A stretch of DNA of 64,000 nt from Saccostrea cucullata (GCF_032062105.1 NW_026940997.1:806001-870000); one strand, 5' to 3'. Shown: positions 14,001 to 26,957, counted from the stretch's first letter. Translations and numbers: made by a program. The notes: generated by a model from the sequence alone, not told the origin.

Positions 14001-15060
14001 CTGTGAGACATGGAGACTGGTCTTTGGAATGAAACTGTATAAACCGAGGTCCTGTGTCACAGTAGGTGCTAGCATGAAAAAGACCCCTCATTGCTCAATT
14101 GTTGTAAGTGCTGAGTATACTGTAAACAGGATTACTTTCGCCCCGTGTTATTTTCGCCCTTTCACACTTGAAAACAATTTTTTCCCGTTTTAAATTCACC
14201 CAGCCATAGCTTTGTTTAAGAAATTATACTGTATTCTTTGAATTCGCCCTGTTTTAAATTTGCCCAAATGAGGATAGGGCGAAAGGGGCGAAAATAAAAC
14301 GGGGGCGAAAATTTCCCTGTATACAGTAGTACAAAATTTGCCAATCTCCACCAGCAAGTCTCCAAATGAGTGAAAAATTCTTGAGTGGGACAGTTAACAA
14401 CATACCCGTACAAACAAAACAAATCAAATGTAATGGTTATTCAATGATAAGACAATAAATACATACCTGGACCACTTTTACTTGGGTAATCTGGCTCAAA
14501 ATTTCCCAGAACACCTGGTTTTACTACAGCTACTGGTCCGTGTGTCGGCTCGGCTATAGCCTCATCAGCTGGTAACTCAAACTTTCCTCCTTTCTGAGCT
14601 AAGACTGGATTTTCAACAACATTCTGGATGTTCTTCTGTTGCCTTTTCTTCTCTTGATACCTTGCAACCTACATGCATGGGGAGAAAAAAAATCAAAACT
14701 TGTGTTTACTCATACTAGGATTTACATATATTGTTTGGTGCAATTATAAGTGCATATGCACTTCTTTTTATTTGAAGGCCCTATTCATTAACATAATAGA
14801 AAACATTAATCTTTAAGTTTATTATTTTATAATGTTATTAATTGCAAACATGTTTGTACTTTTGTAATATTCAAATAAATTCATATAATGTTGGTTTATT
14901 AAAATCATGAATATACCCTGAGTTTTTTCTTGATCACTTCTGGACTTTCGTCATCAGCAGGACGCTCAAAGTGATGAATGATCAAGGGCACAACAATTAT
15001 TAGTGTTATCACCACTATTCCCAACTTTAAAATTGCGTTTCTTCTGTATCTAAGCCTCAT
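8040..15060 (-). CDS. GALNT7: Polypeptide N-acetylgalactosaminyltransferase 7-like (GT27 plus ricin-type lectin), 619 aa
   Basis: Coding exons (minus) 15060-14917, 14668-14467, 13600-13462, 13214-13048, 12758-12551, 11590-11417, 11134-11017, 9985-9866, 9595-9374, 9069-8968, 8672-8547, 8177-8040 = 1860 nt, all phase-consistent. Type II TM segment, DAH (DxH), WGGENFE, C-terminal lectin. PGVLGNFEP and [12 protein letters not shown] are characteristic of the GALNT7/pgant7 subfamily. Confidence 0.95.
11199..11370. repeat. Intronic tandem duplication, ~91-bp unit x 2
   Basis: GACTTGG...TGTGATATTTAAACTCTATA...ATGAAATTTAATAAATAAT repeated at ~11199 and ~11290. Confidence 0.75.
11892..12421. mobile_element. 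MITE with ~105-bp TIRs and perfect 9-bp TSD (Academ/AcademH-like termini)
   Basis: Ends aAGCTGCAGATCTGTA... / ...TACAGTTCTGCAGCTA; ATTAAAAGT duplicated at 11883-11891 and 12422-12430. Confidence 0.85.
13910..14425 (+). mobile_element. tRNA-derived SINE with Meta-like central domain, interrupted by a MITE
   Basis: A-box-like GGGGCAGTGGTTAGAGC, B-box-like GGTTTGAATCCC, central GGTCCTGTGTCACAGTAGGTG, CAAA-type tail. Related copies at 26958-27117 and 22505-23170. Confidence 0.75.
14120..14326. mobile_element. TA-flanked MITE (Tc1/mariner-like) nested in the SINE
   Basis: TA|CTGTAAACAGG...TTTCGCCCCG and CGGGGGCGAAAATTTCCCTGTATACAG|TA. Confidence 0.8.
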
Positions 15061-15705
15061 TGAATTTATGATGTGGTCTGAAAGAAAAAAACTTACAAAT
15101 AAAAAAATATATATATTCAATTTTCCTAATATTTTCCATTATGTACATTTACATACATGTCTAATTTTGGTACATCTTGAACTTCATGAATTAATTATGA
15201 ATATACAAAATAGATAATTTGGTTACACAACCTCAGGACCTTTTTCTCTGTGTTTACTATATGTTAGCTGTATATAGCCTCAAGCACCATGGATATTCAT
15301 GTACTATTATTTTAATGCATATCTTATAAAAAATATTCTCATATAACACATAATACTCAAAGATATTTTATATTAAAATTACTCTTTGTATATTATATGA
15401 TCTTTAACTGCTAAATAGATATACAGTATTCCAGAATAATTATAATGACAGGTGTTATGCTGAAAGAGTGAACGTCAACGTGGCCAATATATCGTATGCA
15501 TAGATATGGGGAATATAATGAGGTCACACGTATGCTATGCAATAAAAATGTTTGAAATACACACCTTCACAGGAATGTTCTTTCCTTCAACTTGGATGGA
15601 ATAAGTGGTATACTTGTAAAAATAGTTACAGTGCCAAAGAGGTTCTCATTAGATGTTTATGGGTTACTATTTGTTAAAAAGTTGAGATACGTCGGTGAAT
15701 TCAAA

Positions 15706-15713
15706 CCGGAAGT
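15706..15713. promoter_or_regulatory. ETS-type motif CCGGAAGT, candidate GALNT7 promoter element
   Basis: Exact CCGGAAGT about 630 bp upstream of the first coding exon; motif match only. Confidence 0.25.
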
Positions 15714-15823
15714 TTGAGCAGTAAAGTGATTATAAAGAGAAAACATGGACTCCACTTTTTCCCGAAATGATCAACATCGAGTTGTAAAGTTCTCGCATTC
15801 TCATAAAAAACATTTTAACATCA

Positions 15824-16379
15824 TTTTATGTCTCTGGATCGAAAGATCCCGGGGTATATTGTTTTTGTCCTTCCTGTCTGTCTAGCTGTTTTTCTGTCTG
15901 TCTGTTGTCAACTTTAACCTAGCCCAGAACTATTGAGTTGGTGAGGCTATGGCTTTCATATTTTACAGGTATGACCTTTCTCTGGGTACCACATTTGACC
16001 TCTTGACCCTAGAGTTTGACCTACTTTTACAAAAAAAAAATACTACTCTTTAACCTTGGCCATACTTTTGAACAGTTGGAGCTAGGGCTTTCATATACTT
16101 CACAAGTGTAACCTTTCAGCTGGTATAAATGTTTGTGACCATTTGACGTTGACCTATGAGTTTGACCCACTTTTTAAATCTTTCACCTTGTTCATAACTT
16201 TTGAACAGTCAGAACTAGGGCTTTCATTTTTCACAGGTGTATTCCTTGTAACACAACCTTTGTTTTGGGTACCAACACTTTTGACCTTGACCTTTGGAGT
16301 TTGACATGCATTTGAGAGAATTCAACTCTCGCCATAAGCTGCCATACGGGGGCATCAGTGTTTCACAAACATATCTTGT
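15824..16379 (+). mobile_element. Non-autonomous Helitron/Helentron-type (HINE-like) element
   Basis: T-rich start, 5' hairpin, (GTCT)n, TGACCT-rich internal repeats, 3' GGGGGCATCAGTGTTTCACAAACATATCTTGT. Related fragments at ~16870-17400, ~60150-60683 (minus) and ~61060-61385. Confidence 0.7.
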
Positions 16380-17445
16380 AATGACATGAGATTAAGCTCC
16401 ATAGATTGTATGATTTAAGCGGTCCAACATCTCATCGACAGGTCCAACATCGATCTCACTCAGATGTCCAACATCGATGGGTGTCAAAAAACAGGTCTTG
16501 TGAAATCGTGATGTTATTGAATTAATATAAATTTATTTGATTACATTCAGCAAAGGATAAAAATATGAGCCCATTCCTCGATCCCAAAAATACAACTTTT
16601 TTTATCCTCAGAAAGTTACAGAAACAGTTATTTAATCAAATAAAGCATATATTTCTATCAGAGGTTGCGCTCTATACAAAAGATTGAAAAAACAGCTTTT
16701 AAAATAAATGGAATTTTTAATCGATTTTTTGAAGCTATGAGGAAAATTACGTCAATTTTTTTTAATAGAAATGCAGTCACCAAGAGTCTAAAAGATAAAG
16801 TCAGAAAAGGTTTCGCTTTTTCAGAAATTCACAGGGAAAAAAGGCCCTACGTGAACCTTGTTCTTTCCATGCTTTAACCTTGGTCATTTCTTTCGAACAC
16901 TAAATAGTGCTTCTAATGACATGTCCTTTTGACCCTGACGCACTTAAAAAAAAAAAAAACTTTAACCTTGGCCTTGACTTTTGAAGTGTTAGAACCATGA
17001 CTTTCATATTTCACATGCAATTGTTTTGTGACAAGATATTCTTTAGACACCTACAATCTTGACCTTTTAACCTTGACATTCTTTTGCAAAACATTAACAG
17101 TTTGTCATAAATTTTGAACAGTTGGTGTTATGACTTTTATATTTCATATATGAATTTCTAATGACAAGGCCTTCTCCTGGTCCCTGGGTATCATTAATTT
17201 TGAATTAATTTTCAAAATTTTAATCCTCGGTCATAACTTTTGAAACCAGAATGGTCGGTGCTTGTGTTTTCATTTATTTCACAAGTAGGACGTTTTACCT
17301 TCTGATCTCGGAGTTTTACTTGCATTATATGAGACTTAAGCCTTCGCTAAAAAAAAATTGTCGAATGGGTGTCTAAAGTGTTTCACGGACACATCTTGTT
17401 TTCAAAGGAAACGATAATTTTTTTTTGACGTACGACGCATGGCCC

Positions 17446-17560
17446 TGTGGCGAATCTCAGTAATCTCGGTGGAGATTCTGGATAGGGATTTGGTCTTTGA
17501 CGCCCACTGTGGGCGTCCATTGACCACGACCAAAGAATCTCCACCGAGATTGTGGCGAAT
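17446..17560. repeat. Nested GC-rich foldback flanked by a direct repeat
   Basis: Outer arms 17462-17479 / 17534-17551 (18 bp, perfect); inner GACGCCCAC-T-GTGGGCGTC at 17499-17517; TGTGGCGAAT at 17446 and 17551. Confidence 0.75.
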
Positions 17561-17757
17561 AATATTGTTCCGAGGAGGCTGGGTTGGGGTGACAAAATTT
17601 AACGAGCTCTGTATAGTTAAATGAAATGCAGAAGGGTAATAATACAAGCTCCGCACTATATTTAATAGGATCGACAATCTAATTTTTTTCATTAAATTTT
17701 ATAAAATAACGTATTATTGAGACAGTCGTTTTTCAGTGGGTGTGGGATTTGTGTATG

Positions 17758-17760
<3 letters not shown>

Positions 17761-17830
<70 letters not shown>
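17761..17830. repeat. (AG)35 microsatellite
   Basis: Perfect dinucleotide run. Confidence 0.99.
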
Positions 17831-17832
<2 letters not shown>

Positions 17833-18911
17833 ATAAATAGATATAGTTCGAATTTCAAGCCCCAAAAAGTCTCTTAGGGTTGGACATCTGAATATGACGT
17901 CATCTACATCAGCTGCAGTAATTGTAATGCATTCTTGCAAATTCTTGATTTCAAAGAGACCCATGGATACAGATTATTTTACAATTTATACTCGCATTTC
18001 TCACATTCACCCCAAAGGAAAAATCTCCCAACAAGTTAAATTGGGCCTTTTTGTCGGACTGAGCTGACCCCGTCAGGTCAACTGCAACGAGGCGTCTGCT
18101 GACGACTACATTCACGCGGATCTATTTTTAGCAGAATTTGGCTTTAACCAACAGGTGAGAGATCTAAACAGTTTCCGGAGATCTTCCTAGAGCTCCGCGA
18201 GGAATCTCACACCTGCTACTGAGCGCTAAACGACGTGTCCACGCTGTGATCTCCAGCAACCAGGTTAGTTATGTCATTCTGTAGTAGGCCTATACTTTAT
18301 TGTCAGGATTTTCCTTTGAAAACTTTATCTAGCTATCTTTGATTTTTTCATATTTTGATTCTTTTGGTATGTGACACACAAAATAGACTTTTTAGGAAGG
18401 CGACATGGAGCATTATACATTGTGTAGGGTGGAGGCATTAAGAGGTACCTGAATGGGCAGGACAGTGCTGTACATTACTGTGAGTCAGAGTGTCAGTCAT
18501 AGAAAATGCAGAATAAGATTTTGATGACAGAAAAATCATTTCTGAAAAGCATAAAATGGACATGCATTCCAACAGTCCAAAATATGCTTTGTGACATAAT
18601 TCATAATTTATTGAACTTAATGATATATGATGATCAAATCACAATCCTCAAAATTATTTATTAACGTGAATCATATAAATAAAATTAATATTAAACAAAT
18701 TAATTTGTTTTCCAATAGCTAAGGCATGTACATGAGAAGTTCCGATTTCATTCCACTCTGCAGTCATGCAGTAATTGTTTTAATCTGTTGGGAGTAAGAG
18801 GGTTAACAAGATTATCAGAAATGTGAGAGGGGAGGGGGCTTCAAATGGGGCCATCAAGGGAGATAAGTATAGAGTGATGGAAGGAGGAGCAGTAACTAAC
18901 AGACTACCAAC

Positions 18912-18978
18912 ACTGATAGTAAGGCACATGCTAATTAACATGTATAAATACATGTTTAGCATGTGCCTTACTATCAGT
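18912..18978. repeat. 67-nt near-perfect hairpin
   Basis: ACTGATAGTAAGGCACATGCTAA / TTAGCATGTGCCTTACTATCAGT (23-bp perfect arms) plus inner ACATGTAT / ATACATGT. Confidence 0.85.
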
Positions 18979-19009
18979 TAAATTTAACAAAGGGAAACAC
19001 TTTTAGTAT

Positions 19010-19270
19010 ACCGGTCCCTGTAAATATGGCGCTAAAATAGGTGCCGTCGAAGGCGATGTACAATATATAGATGATCGCGTGAGCGATCGACAAAAAATCA
19101 AAGTGTAATGCTCTTGAATTGTGAGATTTTTGTGAGAAATACATGGATTTAACAAATAATAGCTAATTACTAGTCATTGATTGATCGAATTGAGCATCAA
19201 CATCAATTTGAAAGGAACAATACTCTGAATATGGACACTAGGAGGTCAGGATATCAAACTGCAGTTAACG
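19010..19270 (+). promoter_or_regulatory. Candidate RIN promoter / first exon
   Basis: CpG-enriched patch, YY1-like AAATATGGCG at 19022-19031, ATG at 19231 and strong donor G|GTAAGT after 19270. An alternative candidate donor CAG|GTTAGT follows 18263. Confidence 0.4.
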
Positions 19271-20380
19271 GTAAGTCGCTTTTACAATAACTTGCCTAAA
19301 CTCAGCGCTCAAAATTGGTCATGTTTCGACATTAGAGTTGATTCAACTGAACTTTCCATAAAACTTTCATGTTCTTTGTTAAACAAAAGTTTCATGAACT
19401 AAACCAAAGTGTAAGATGATATGTCAGCACGATTCGACATTGGGTTGATTCATGCAAGTTTTTGGTCAGAAAAGGCACTTATAGTAGTGCCTTTTGTATG
19501 CAAAAATCACATAAATTAGCCCAAAGTCAGGAAGATTACAGAGTAGATTTATAAAACAACCCCAATTTTAAAAACTATATAACCTAACCCTAATCACTCC
19601 ATCGGATGCATTTTGTTGAAGCGAGTGGGAAATTGCGGTTTGTTTACGTTCAGCATAGCAACGGCAAGGGAAATAACTGCTCATGCACAATCGCGTGATT
19701 CTGGGGACCGGATACTAGAAACTTCCCGAAAAAGGCGCATCCAGGGCTGGTGTGCTGGTGTGCTTTCCCATTTGAAATTTTTGTATGGAAATTTTATGGG
19801 TCTATTATCCTACACAGCCACCTTACCCTCTGCCTTCTACTGAATCTTTTCTTTATTACATATTGCCATTGTGCACCTCCTATTTTACTTTTTGATTCGA
19901 TACATATTTTTGGTTTCCCTCAGCAAAACATGGACACTTCCATTATATTCATATTGGAGGTGGGGGTATCATTTAGAGGGCTCATTGCTCACAGTACCTC
20001 TAGTTAGTTTTGATTTCACATACGTTCTTAAAAAAAAGTGAAAAAGAGCAAGAGCCATCTTATGCATAAATTGGCCCTGTACTTATATCAATTAATTAAC
20101 TATCACCCTCTTTCCATTTTCATATATCAAAATAAAGTAGACACTTGATGCTTTCATGTTCTATAATGAAATTTTATTTTGAGAATCCAAATATTTGAAA
20201 ACAGGCTTTGAGAAATTGAAATGTTCTTAAAATTTGCAGAAAATATACGTATTTGACTACCTTCAACAAAGAATTAAAATATGAGCACAGCCCACGATCC
20301 AAAAAAAAAAAATGTTTTTTGATCTTCAGAAATAGACCTTTCATTATGTATTGGCATATTTTGGATCAGAGGTTGTGCTC

Positions 20381-20789
20381 TAGGGCTGGGCAATAATATC
20401 GATATTTCAATATATTGCAATACAATGACAAAATGTATCGTATCGCAATACGATTTTGTAATATCGATATATTGGCAATATGCTAAGATTAAGGAATTTT
20501 GTCATTAAATATAAAAATGGACCTATGAAAGTTTGTTATTAAGCCAAACAGTATGACAGAAGTTGTTTTGTGGGAACATTTCAGAGCATAACTTTAATGA
20601 AATCAACAATTTTTTTTTTCAGTGTTGGTTACTTATCATAGTTATGTACATTCTGCATGTAAATTAAACTAAATATAGTAAGAAAATGTCATTTAAATTA
20701 CATTGAAAATATTGCAATACATATCGCAATACAGTTACAAATATCGCAATATATCGCAATACGAAATCTCGGGTCAATACCCAGCCCTA
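20381..20789. mobile_element. hAT-type MITE with perfect 8-bp TSD
   Basis: TAGGGCTGGG...CCCAGCCCTA; TTGTGCTC at 20373-20380 and 20790-20797; subterminal ATCGCAATA repeats. It sits inside an older repeat (~20250-21041) whose uninterrupted relative is at ~16540-16877. Confidence 0.92.
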
Positions 20790-21800
20790 TTGTGCTCTAT
20801 ATGAAATATTGAAAAAACGCTTCAACTTTAGGTCATTTTCAAAGGAATTTACAGGATATGAGAAAAATGACGCATTTTATGACCGTCATAATGCATTGAC
20901 TAGATGTGAAATTACGTCACAATTAATAGATACGTGGTCACCAACAGTCCAAGTGATAAATACTGCATTTGCAACCTAAACTGAGCGGTTTTGAATTTTC
21001 AGAAATTCTCAGGGCCAAATTAAGCCCAAAGTGGCTCTACCTCTTTTGTAAATTTAAATGTTACAGTTAAGTAAAAACAAGAAGAAAATATATCAGGGAA
21101 GAAATTTGACATTATTTAGTAGTAATTGATATTGCAAAATTGAAGAAAAAAAAAACATAATTTATATTTTCATCTTGTAATAATTCCTCTGGTTTTCTCA
21201 ATTTACAGAGCACTGAATTTCTAGGTGACTGGAAATTTAGGCACTTATTATTGTGATTTTAACTTCTAAATTTCAAAAAGTTTAAATCTTAATTATTTTT
21301 AAAAATAGATAATTGCTATTGAAATTGTCAGAAGTATTTAAAAAATATAAAGAAATTCATAGTTTCTTTGCATTTGAACCATTGTACATAATTTCCAGAA
21401 AGTTTTACAAAAATTATCTATAGACAATTAATCTAACCTTGATCGACTTCTGGCTTCTAATACAAATATCTCAAACTGGATGCAAGATGTTAGAAGAATC
21501 AATATGGCTCTGAAATTAAAAAAACTGAACATTTTCCCTTCTTGGTGACCATGGCAACAATATTATTTCATTAACTTGGTCAATATTTATATAATGAATA
21601 TACAACGTTAGTTCTATCAAATTAAAGTTTTTATAAAGGTGAAATATATTGTTTTGTTATTGTTTATGTTAAAGTTTTTCCAATGTAACATTTATTATTA
21701 TAGTGAATATTGAGTGTTTTTCAGTATATGACCTGTATGGCATGCAGAATGTGTGCACACAATACAACTTACGTACATGTACAACAATCAATTTCAAATA

Positions 21801-22006
21801 CTGTAGAAGTACTTTTTTCCGCATGGTCTTAATTTACGCTATGTACACGGTCACAAATTTTCCGCGGAAATTTGTCCAAGCGTACTTTATATAAATGTAA
21901 AGCATGTAGTGACAATCTAGAAAATCCGCGTAATTTTCTATCCGCAGATTAAACAGAAATTGAGATTCTGCGAAATTATGACCCCGCGGAAAAAGTATGT
22001 TTACAG
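21801..22006. mobile_element. TA-flanked MITE
   Basis: TA|CTGTAGAAGTACTTTTTTCCGC ... GCGGAAAAAGTATGTTTACAG|TA; same architecture and length as 14120-14326. Confidence 0.75.
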
Positions 22007-22164
22007 TATTTCAGTATCATGCTTGACAGTGAACTATAGCATCAACAATAGGTTAATGCCTAAACGAGTGCTTTAAAAAAGAAAGTAATTGAGTCATCAT
22101 TTATCCACCTTAACGTGTTAAAAAAAACTCTCCTCATACTCTTCTCATGCAGGCACATTACTTT

Positions 22165-22239
22165 TAACTGCTTGTATGGTAACTGCTAATAAGGTAACTG
22201 CTCATAATATGGTAACCGCTCATATGGTAACTGCTCATA
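22165..22239. repeat. Short tandem repeat, ~15-bp unit (GGTAACTGCTCATA) x ~5
   Basis: Read directly from the sequence. Confidence 0.75.
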
Positions 22240-22612
22240 CATAGCTCAGTGACATAAAGAACAGGCATCAATAGTGATCTTTATGTACAAGAACAGTCCA
22301 ATCTCATCAAGTACATGTAAAGCAAAATAAGAGTAGTGAAAAAATTATTATGCACATTACGACTATAATGCTTACTAAAAGTTTGAAGAAATGATAGCCA
22401 AAGTTTCACTGAATATCAGAATTTGTGTGCAGTGAGCTCTTGTTTACAAATGTGTAGGTAACGGGGTTGGTAGGGGAGGCTTAGTACCAAAAATTTCTTT
22501 TCAATAAACGTTTGTGTAGAATTTTTGACTCGTACTGATTGAGATAACCCACCCATTGCCAGTGGAGGGCTGCAAATTCAGTCCTGTTCTTATTCACTTA
22601 TGGCAGGGATTC

Positions 22613-23068
22613 TTTTTCTGCACCCGTTCGATGAAGGGAGGGCATATTGCTTTGCTGTTGTCTTTCGTTGGTTTGTCTGTCAGATTCCACCATCAGTTTC
22701 CGTTCATTTTCTTCACAGAGGTTGCACATATTGAAATTAAATTTGGTATACAGATTTATCATAAAAATATTTTGTAGTTCAAGTTTTATTCTGGGTATGA
22801 TTGGGCCATTTTGGACAGAGTTATGCCCTTTGGACTAAGAAAAATTCCAATTATTAACATTTTCCATTCATTTTCTTTGCAGAGGTTGCTTATATTGAAA
22901 TCAAATTTGGTATACAGATTAATCATAAAAATATTCAAGTAAATTTATGTTTTGGGCATGATCGAGCCATTTTGGACAGAGTTATGCCCCTTGGACTTCC
23001 AAAAATTCCAATTACTTTGGGGGAGGTGGGCATACACCGTGGTAAGTGTATTACAAACATATCTTGTT
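22613..23068 (+). mobile_element. HINE-like element with two ~164-bp monomers, inserted in a minus-strand SINE (~22505-23170)
   Basis: Monomer landmarks at 22705 and 22869; 3' ACAAACATATCTTGTT end; SINE halves on either side. Confidence 0.65.
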
Positions 23069-25470
23069 ATGTTAGGGCCTACTGTGACATGGGACGTCAG
23101 TTTGTATGTTCTCATCCAAAGGACTGGCCTCCATGTCCCTAAGTGGGACTAGAACCCACAATACAAGGATCAACTCCTTTCAATACTAAATTCTATCCAT
23201 ACTCAACTACATTACCTTTACTTGACTATACTGCAAGAAGAAGTGAGTGTGTTGGGGGCAACTGGCCTTTCAATGAATAGTTCTGTTTGGAAAAGAGAGG
23301 GGGAGGCAAGCTGGTCCCCCTCCCCCCAAAAATGCTGTGTGCCTGATAAGATATTCAATTTATTATCAATGTGCAGGTTGAACAAAGTCTCAATATATAA
23401 ATGGATTCTAGAAGGAATGATTCTCATATTTGGAAAATCAATTATTAGGAAATTGAATTCATGGAAAAATGTCTAATGAGTTCTTTGCATGTGGGGAGTG
23501 GCCTGGTTCAGGTAAAATTCTTAAAAATTGGGCATAGATTTGTGGTCTGTGGTCAATCTTGTTATCTGCACCCCAAGACATAATCATAAGGAAGCCTTTA
23601 AATTCATTCTCCATTTTAAGGTGTTCTTATGCTATAAGGATCTTTAAAGGTACCTTTTTTTAAAAAAAATTGCAACATGCAACTTGAATATTCTTTAAAA
23701 ATTGTGGTTTTTGGTATTGTCTTTGATTTGAGGGAGTGCACATTGGGGTATTGGGACAGATTTTATTGGAGATGATAAATTCACTTGAAGTCTACTGAAA
23801 CGTTTGGTTTCCTTTGAACCTGTTACCAGCTACCAATTTAACAGTTGATAACCATCAAGCCAGGGAAGTTGGTTCATTTGTAAAGTGTCTCTGTGGTTTA
23901 TTAAGAAATAAAACATTCGGCAGAGGATGCTAGTAACATTAAAACGTTTTATGTAAATAGTGAATCTTTTTCTCATTAGCTTTTTGATTATTGTGCCAAA
24001 CCCCCCATTACACCCTTGACTAGTTACCATAAACAAGGGGACTGGCAAAGGATTCTGTAATGTAAAGACAATTGCAGATACATGTAGTTTGAGATTGTGT
24101 TATTTATTAGTAGCTGCATGTACAAAGGAAGAGCTGCATGATTTAGAACTGTTATATTAATTATGTATTTTTCTAAATTCTGTTAGCGATATCTGATTAT
24201 CAAGAGTGTGTTTTTTTCTTTGGTAAATTAGAATGATTTCCCCAGTTACTCAGGTTGCCATATTAAAGTGCTTCCAGATTACAAGATCTGTTTGTCTGTC
24301 TGCTAATATAAGGTGCATTCAGAGAAACATACATGAATTTGTGGTCACACATGAGACTAGATTATTTATTTGCAGACCAGTATGGAGAAATTCTTGTAAA
24401 CAAAGGAATTTATAAATATAAATGATCAATGGACTTTTATGTTGCTGCCTGTTTTTATCTTAAGGGACACAACTTTATATGTGAAGAACTTGGGCTAGTT
24501 CATATACTGATAAGGAAAATTTCATAGTGTAAAGGTATGTATAGAGTATAAAAATTATACAAAGCCATCTTTTCATTTGCAAGACATTTAAATCATTTTA
24601 AAGCCATTAAAACGTTGCCATCTGACAGGTATTAATAAAGTGATTAAATTCGGCATTACCATAACAGATCATGTGTCACATTTCATATCCCCGGAAAACT
24701 GACAGACTTGGGCAGTCTCCTCTCCCCGTTACACTGACTGATCATTTATAATTATCATCGAGACTTTTTTTGCTGTGTGTTAATGAACATGGAGGGTTTT
24801 ATTAGATGCAGTAATTTCTGAAACATAAAACCATTAAATACCCTGTAAACATGGGTCATGGGAAAGGTTTTGTTATGCAGTGTTTGACACAAATCAGGGT
24901 TAAGTAATTCCGAAACATTATCCGCAAATCCTTATTTAAATATATATATAGCACTCTATCAGTTGAATTCATCAAAGCTATTGATGATTGTTGATTGAAA
25001 TTTTTTCTCATAAATCATAAAAATTTCATTATTATACCTTTACACTTAATGTTAACTTTAAATATTATGGGAGGGATAATGGAATAGATTTTACTTTAAT
25101 TGTCATAAAAGTCTGTCTTATCGGGAAGTGTATCTTTGACAGAAGATTAATTATCATTAGAATTCAAAATGGAGACCACCTATTTTGAACTATATAACTT
25201 TATCTAGTTATAGAATGCTAAAATTTAAGATTTTTCACATGTAACTTGAGAAAATAGAGAAAAATGCAAAGTAAGATTTTTTAAAAACACAACTCATAAA
25301 TAGCCATATGCTATATAACCAAGGTGTAGTCAACTTGCGTGCCAAGTTATATTGAAATCAAATCAAAACTAGGAGGAGTAGTGTTTTTTTTTATTTTTTT
25401 ATTAAATTTCTGTGAAATTCCTTAAAAACACTATTCCTCCTACAGTTTTGGCAGTATTGTAGATTCCTTA

Positions 25471-26730
25471 TTAGCTCTACTGGTCAGAGACCAGAAGAGC
25501 TTATGCGATAGTAATGCGTCCGTCGTCCGTCCGTCTGTCTGTCTGTCTGTGTGTAAACAATTTTTCAAAATGCTACTCCTCCTACAGTTTTGGTCTGATT
25601 TCAATAAAACTTGGCACACAATTAGATTACACTAAGATACATAATTCTGTGCATCGGTTTTTGATTTCGATGAATGATGTTGCCATGGTTACTAAAAATA
25701 TAAATTTCTGTGAAATTCTTTCAAAATGCTACTCTTCCTACAGTTTTGTTCGGATTTCAATATAACTTGGCAACACAAGTAGATTACACTAAGATACATA
25801 ATTCTGTGCATCGGTTTTTGATTTCGATGAACGATGTTGCCATGGTTACTAAAAATAGAAATTTCTGTGAAATTCCTTTAAAACACTACTCCTCCTACAG
25901 TTTTGGTTTGATTTCAGTATAGCTTGGCACACAAGTAGACTACACTAAGATCAGGAGGAGTGGTGTTTTTTTTTATTTTTTTATTAAATTTCTGTGAAAT
26001 TCCTTAAAAACACTACTCCTCCTACAGTTTTGGTTTGATTTCAATATAACTTGGCACACAAGTAGACTACACTAAGATGCATAACTCTGTGCATCGGTTT
26101 TTGATTTTGATTAATGATGTTGCCATGGTTACTAAAAATAGAAATTTTAGTAAAATTCTTTCAAAATGCAACACCTCTTACAGTTTTATTCCGATTTCCT
26201 ACATTTTTTGAGTTTTATTGATTTGGCACATGTATAAAGCCCTTCGGGCACACAAGTACCAACCCGTTTTACACTAAGATCAAAAAATGATACCTTATTT
26301 ATATTTACATTTGTGACTTGTTCATACTTTAAATTTTGATTGTTACTTTTAACGTGTGAAACATTATTTTTCAAACCCAATGGCATGTATGTAATCGACC
26401 CTTTATGACGTCACAGAGAAATTATGTCGAACGTTTATCCAAACGCACATCTATGACCTCTTGACCCCATACCTGTATTTATACAGTTATAAAAACGCTT
26501 GCTTTCAGCAGTGTTATATAAAGGAAAACATTTGCAAATGTAAATATTATAACTTAGCACACAAGTAGACTACACTAAGATACATAATTCTGTGCATCGG
26601 TTTTTATTTTGATGAGCTGCAAGGATCATTTTTCTATTTATTGCTGTTTTAAAGTTTCCCAACTGCTACTTTTCTCTTCCTGTGATTTAAATATAAACCA
26701 GTAGAGCTACAGTCTCAACAGAGACTTCTT
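25471..26730 (+). mobile_element. HINE (family A) with ~156-bp tandem monomers
   Basis: Subterminal IRs AGCTCTACTGGT / ACCAGTAGAGCT, (GTCC)(GTCT) microsatellite, 3' hairpin AGTCTC..GAGACT, T-rich flanks. Confidence 0.88.
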
Positions 26731-26957
26731 TTTTTTTGTGAGTACTTATTATTGCGAATGGGCTCTTCGACATCAAATCGCAAGAAAATAATTCGCAAAT
26801 GGACAGTTGATCAAAAGATTTTACATATATTTCAGCACCATAAAATAAAATCAAGGAATTTTATTTCCCGTTTGGTGCTTACGTGATAGTTAATGCAATG
26901 CATATGATTAGGAATCTATAGTACACAACTAGTGATAGATTATTAGTTTAGTGTAGG

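Noticed and set aside
17692-17964. 90-aa ORF with SLSLSL tract
   Set aside because: Translation of the (AG)35 microsatellite.
25514-25922. ORFs in HINE arrays (also 29465, 31771-32846, 49179, 50419)
   Set aside because: Chance reading frames across non-coding repeat monomers.
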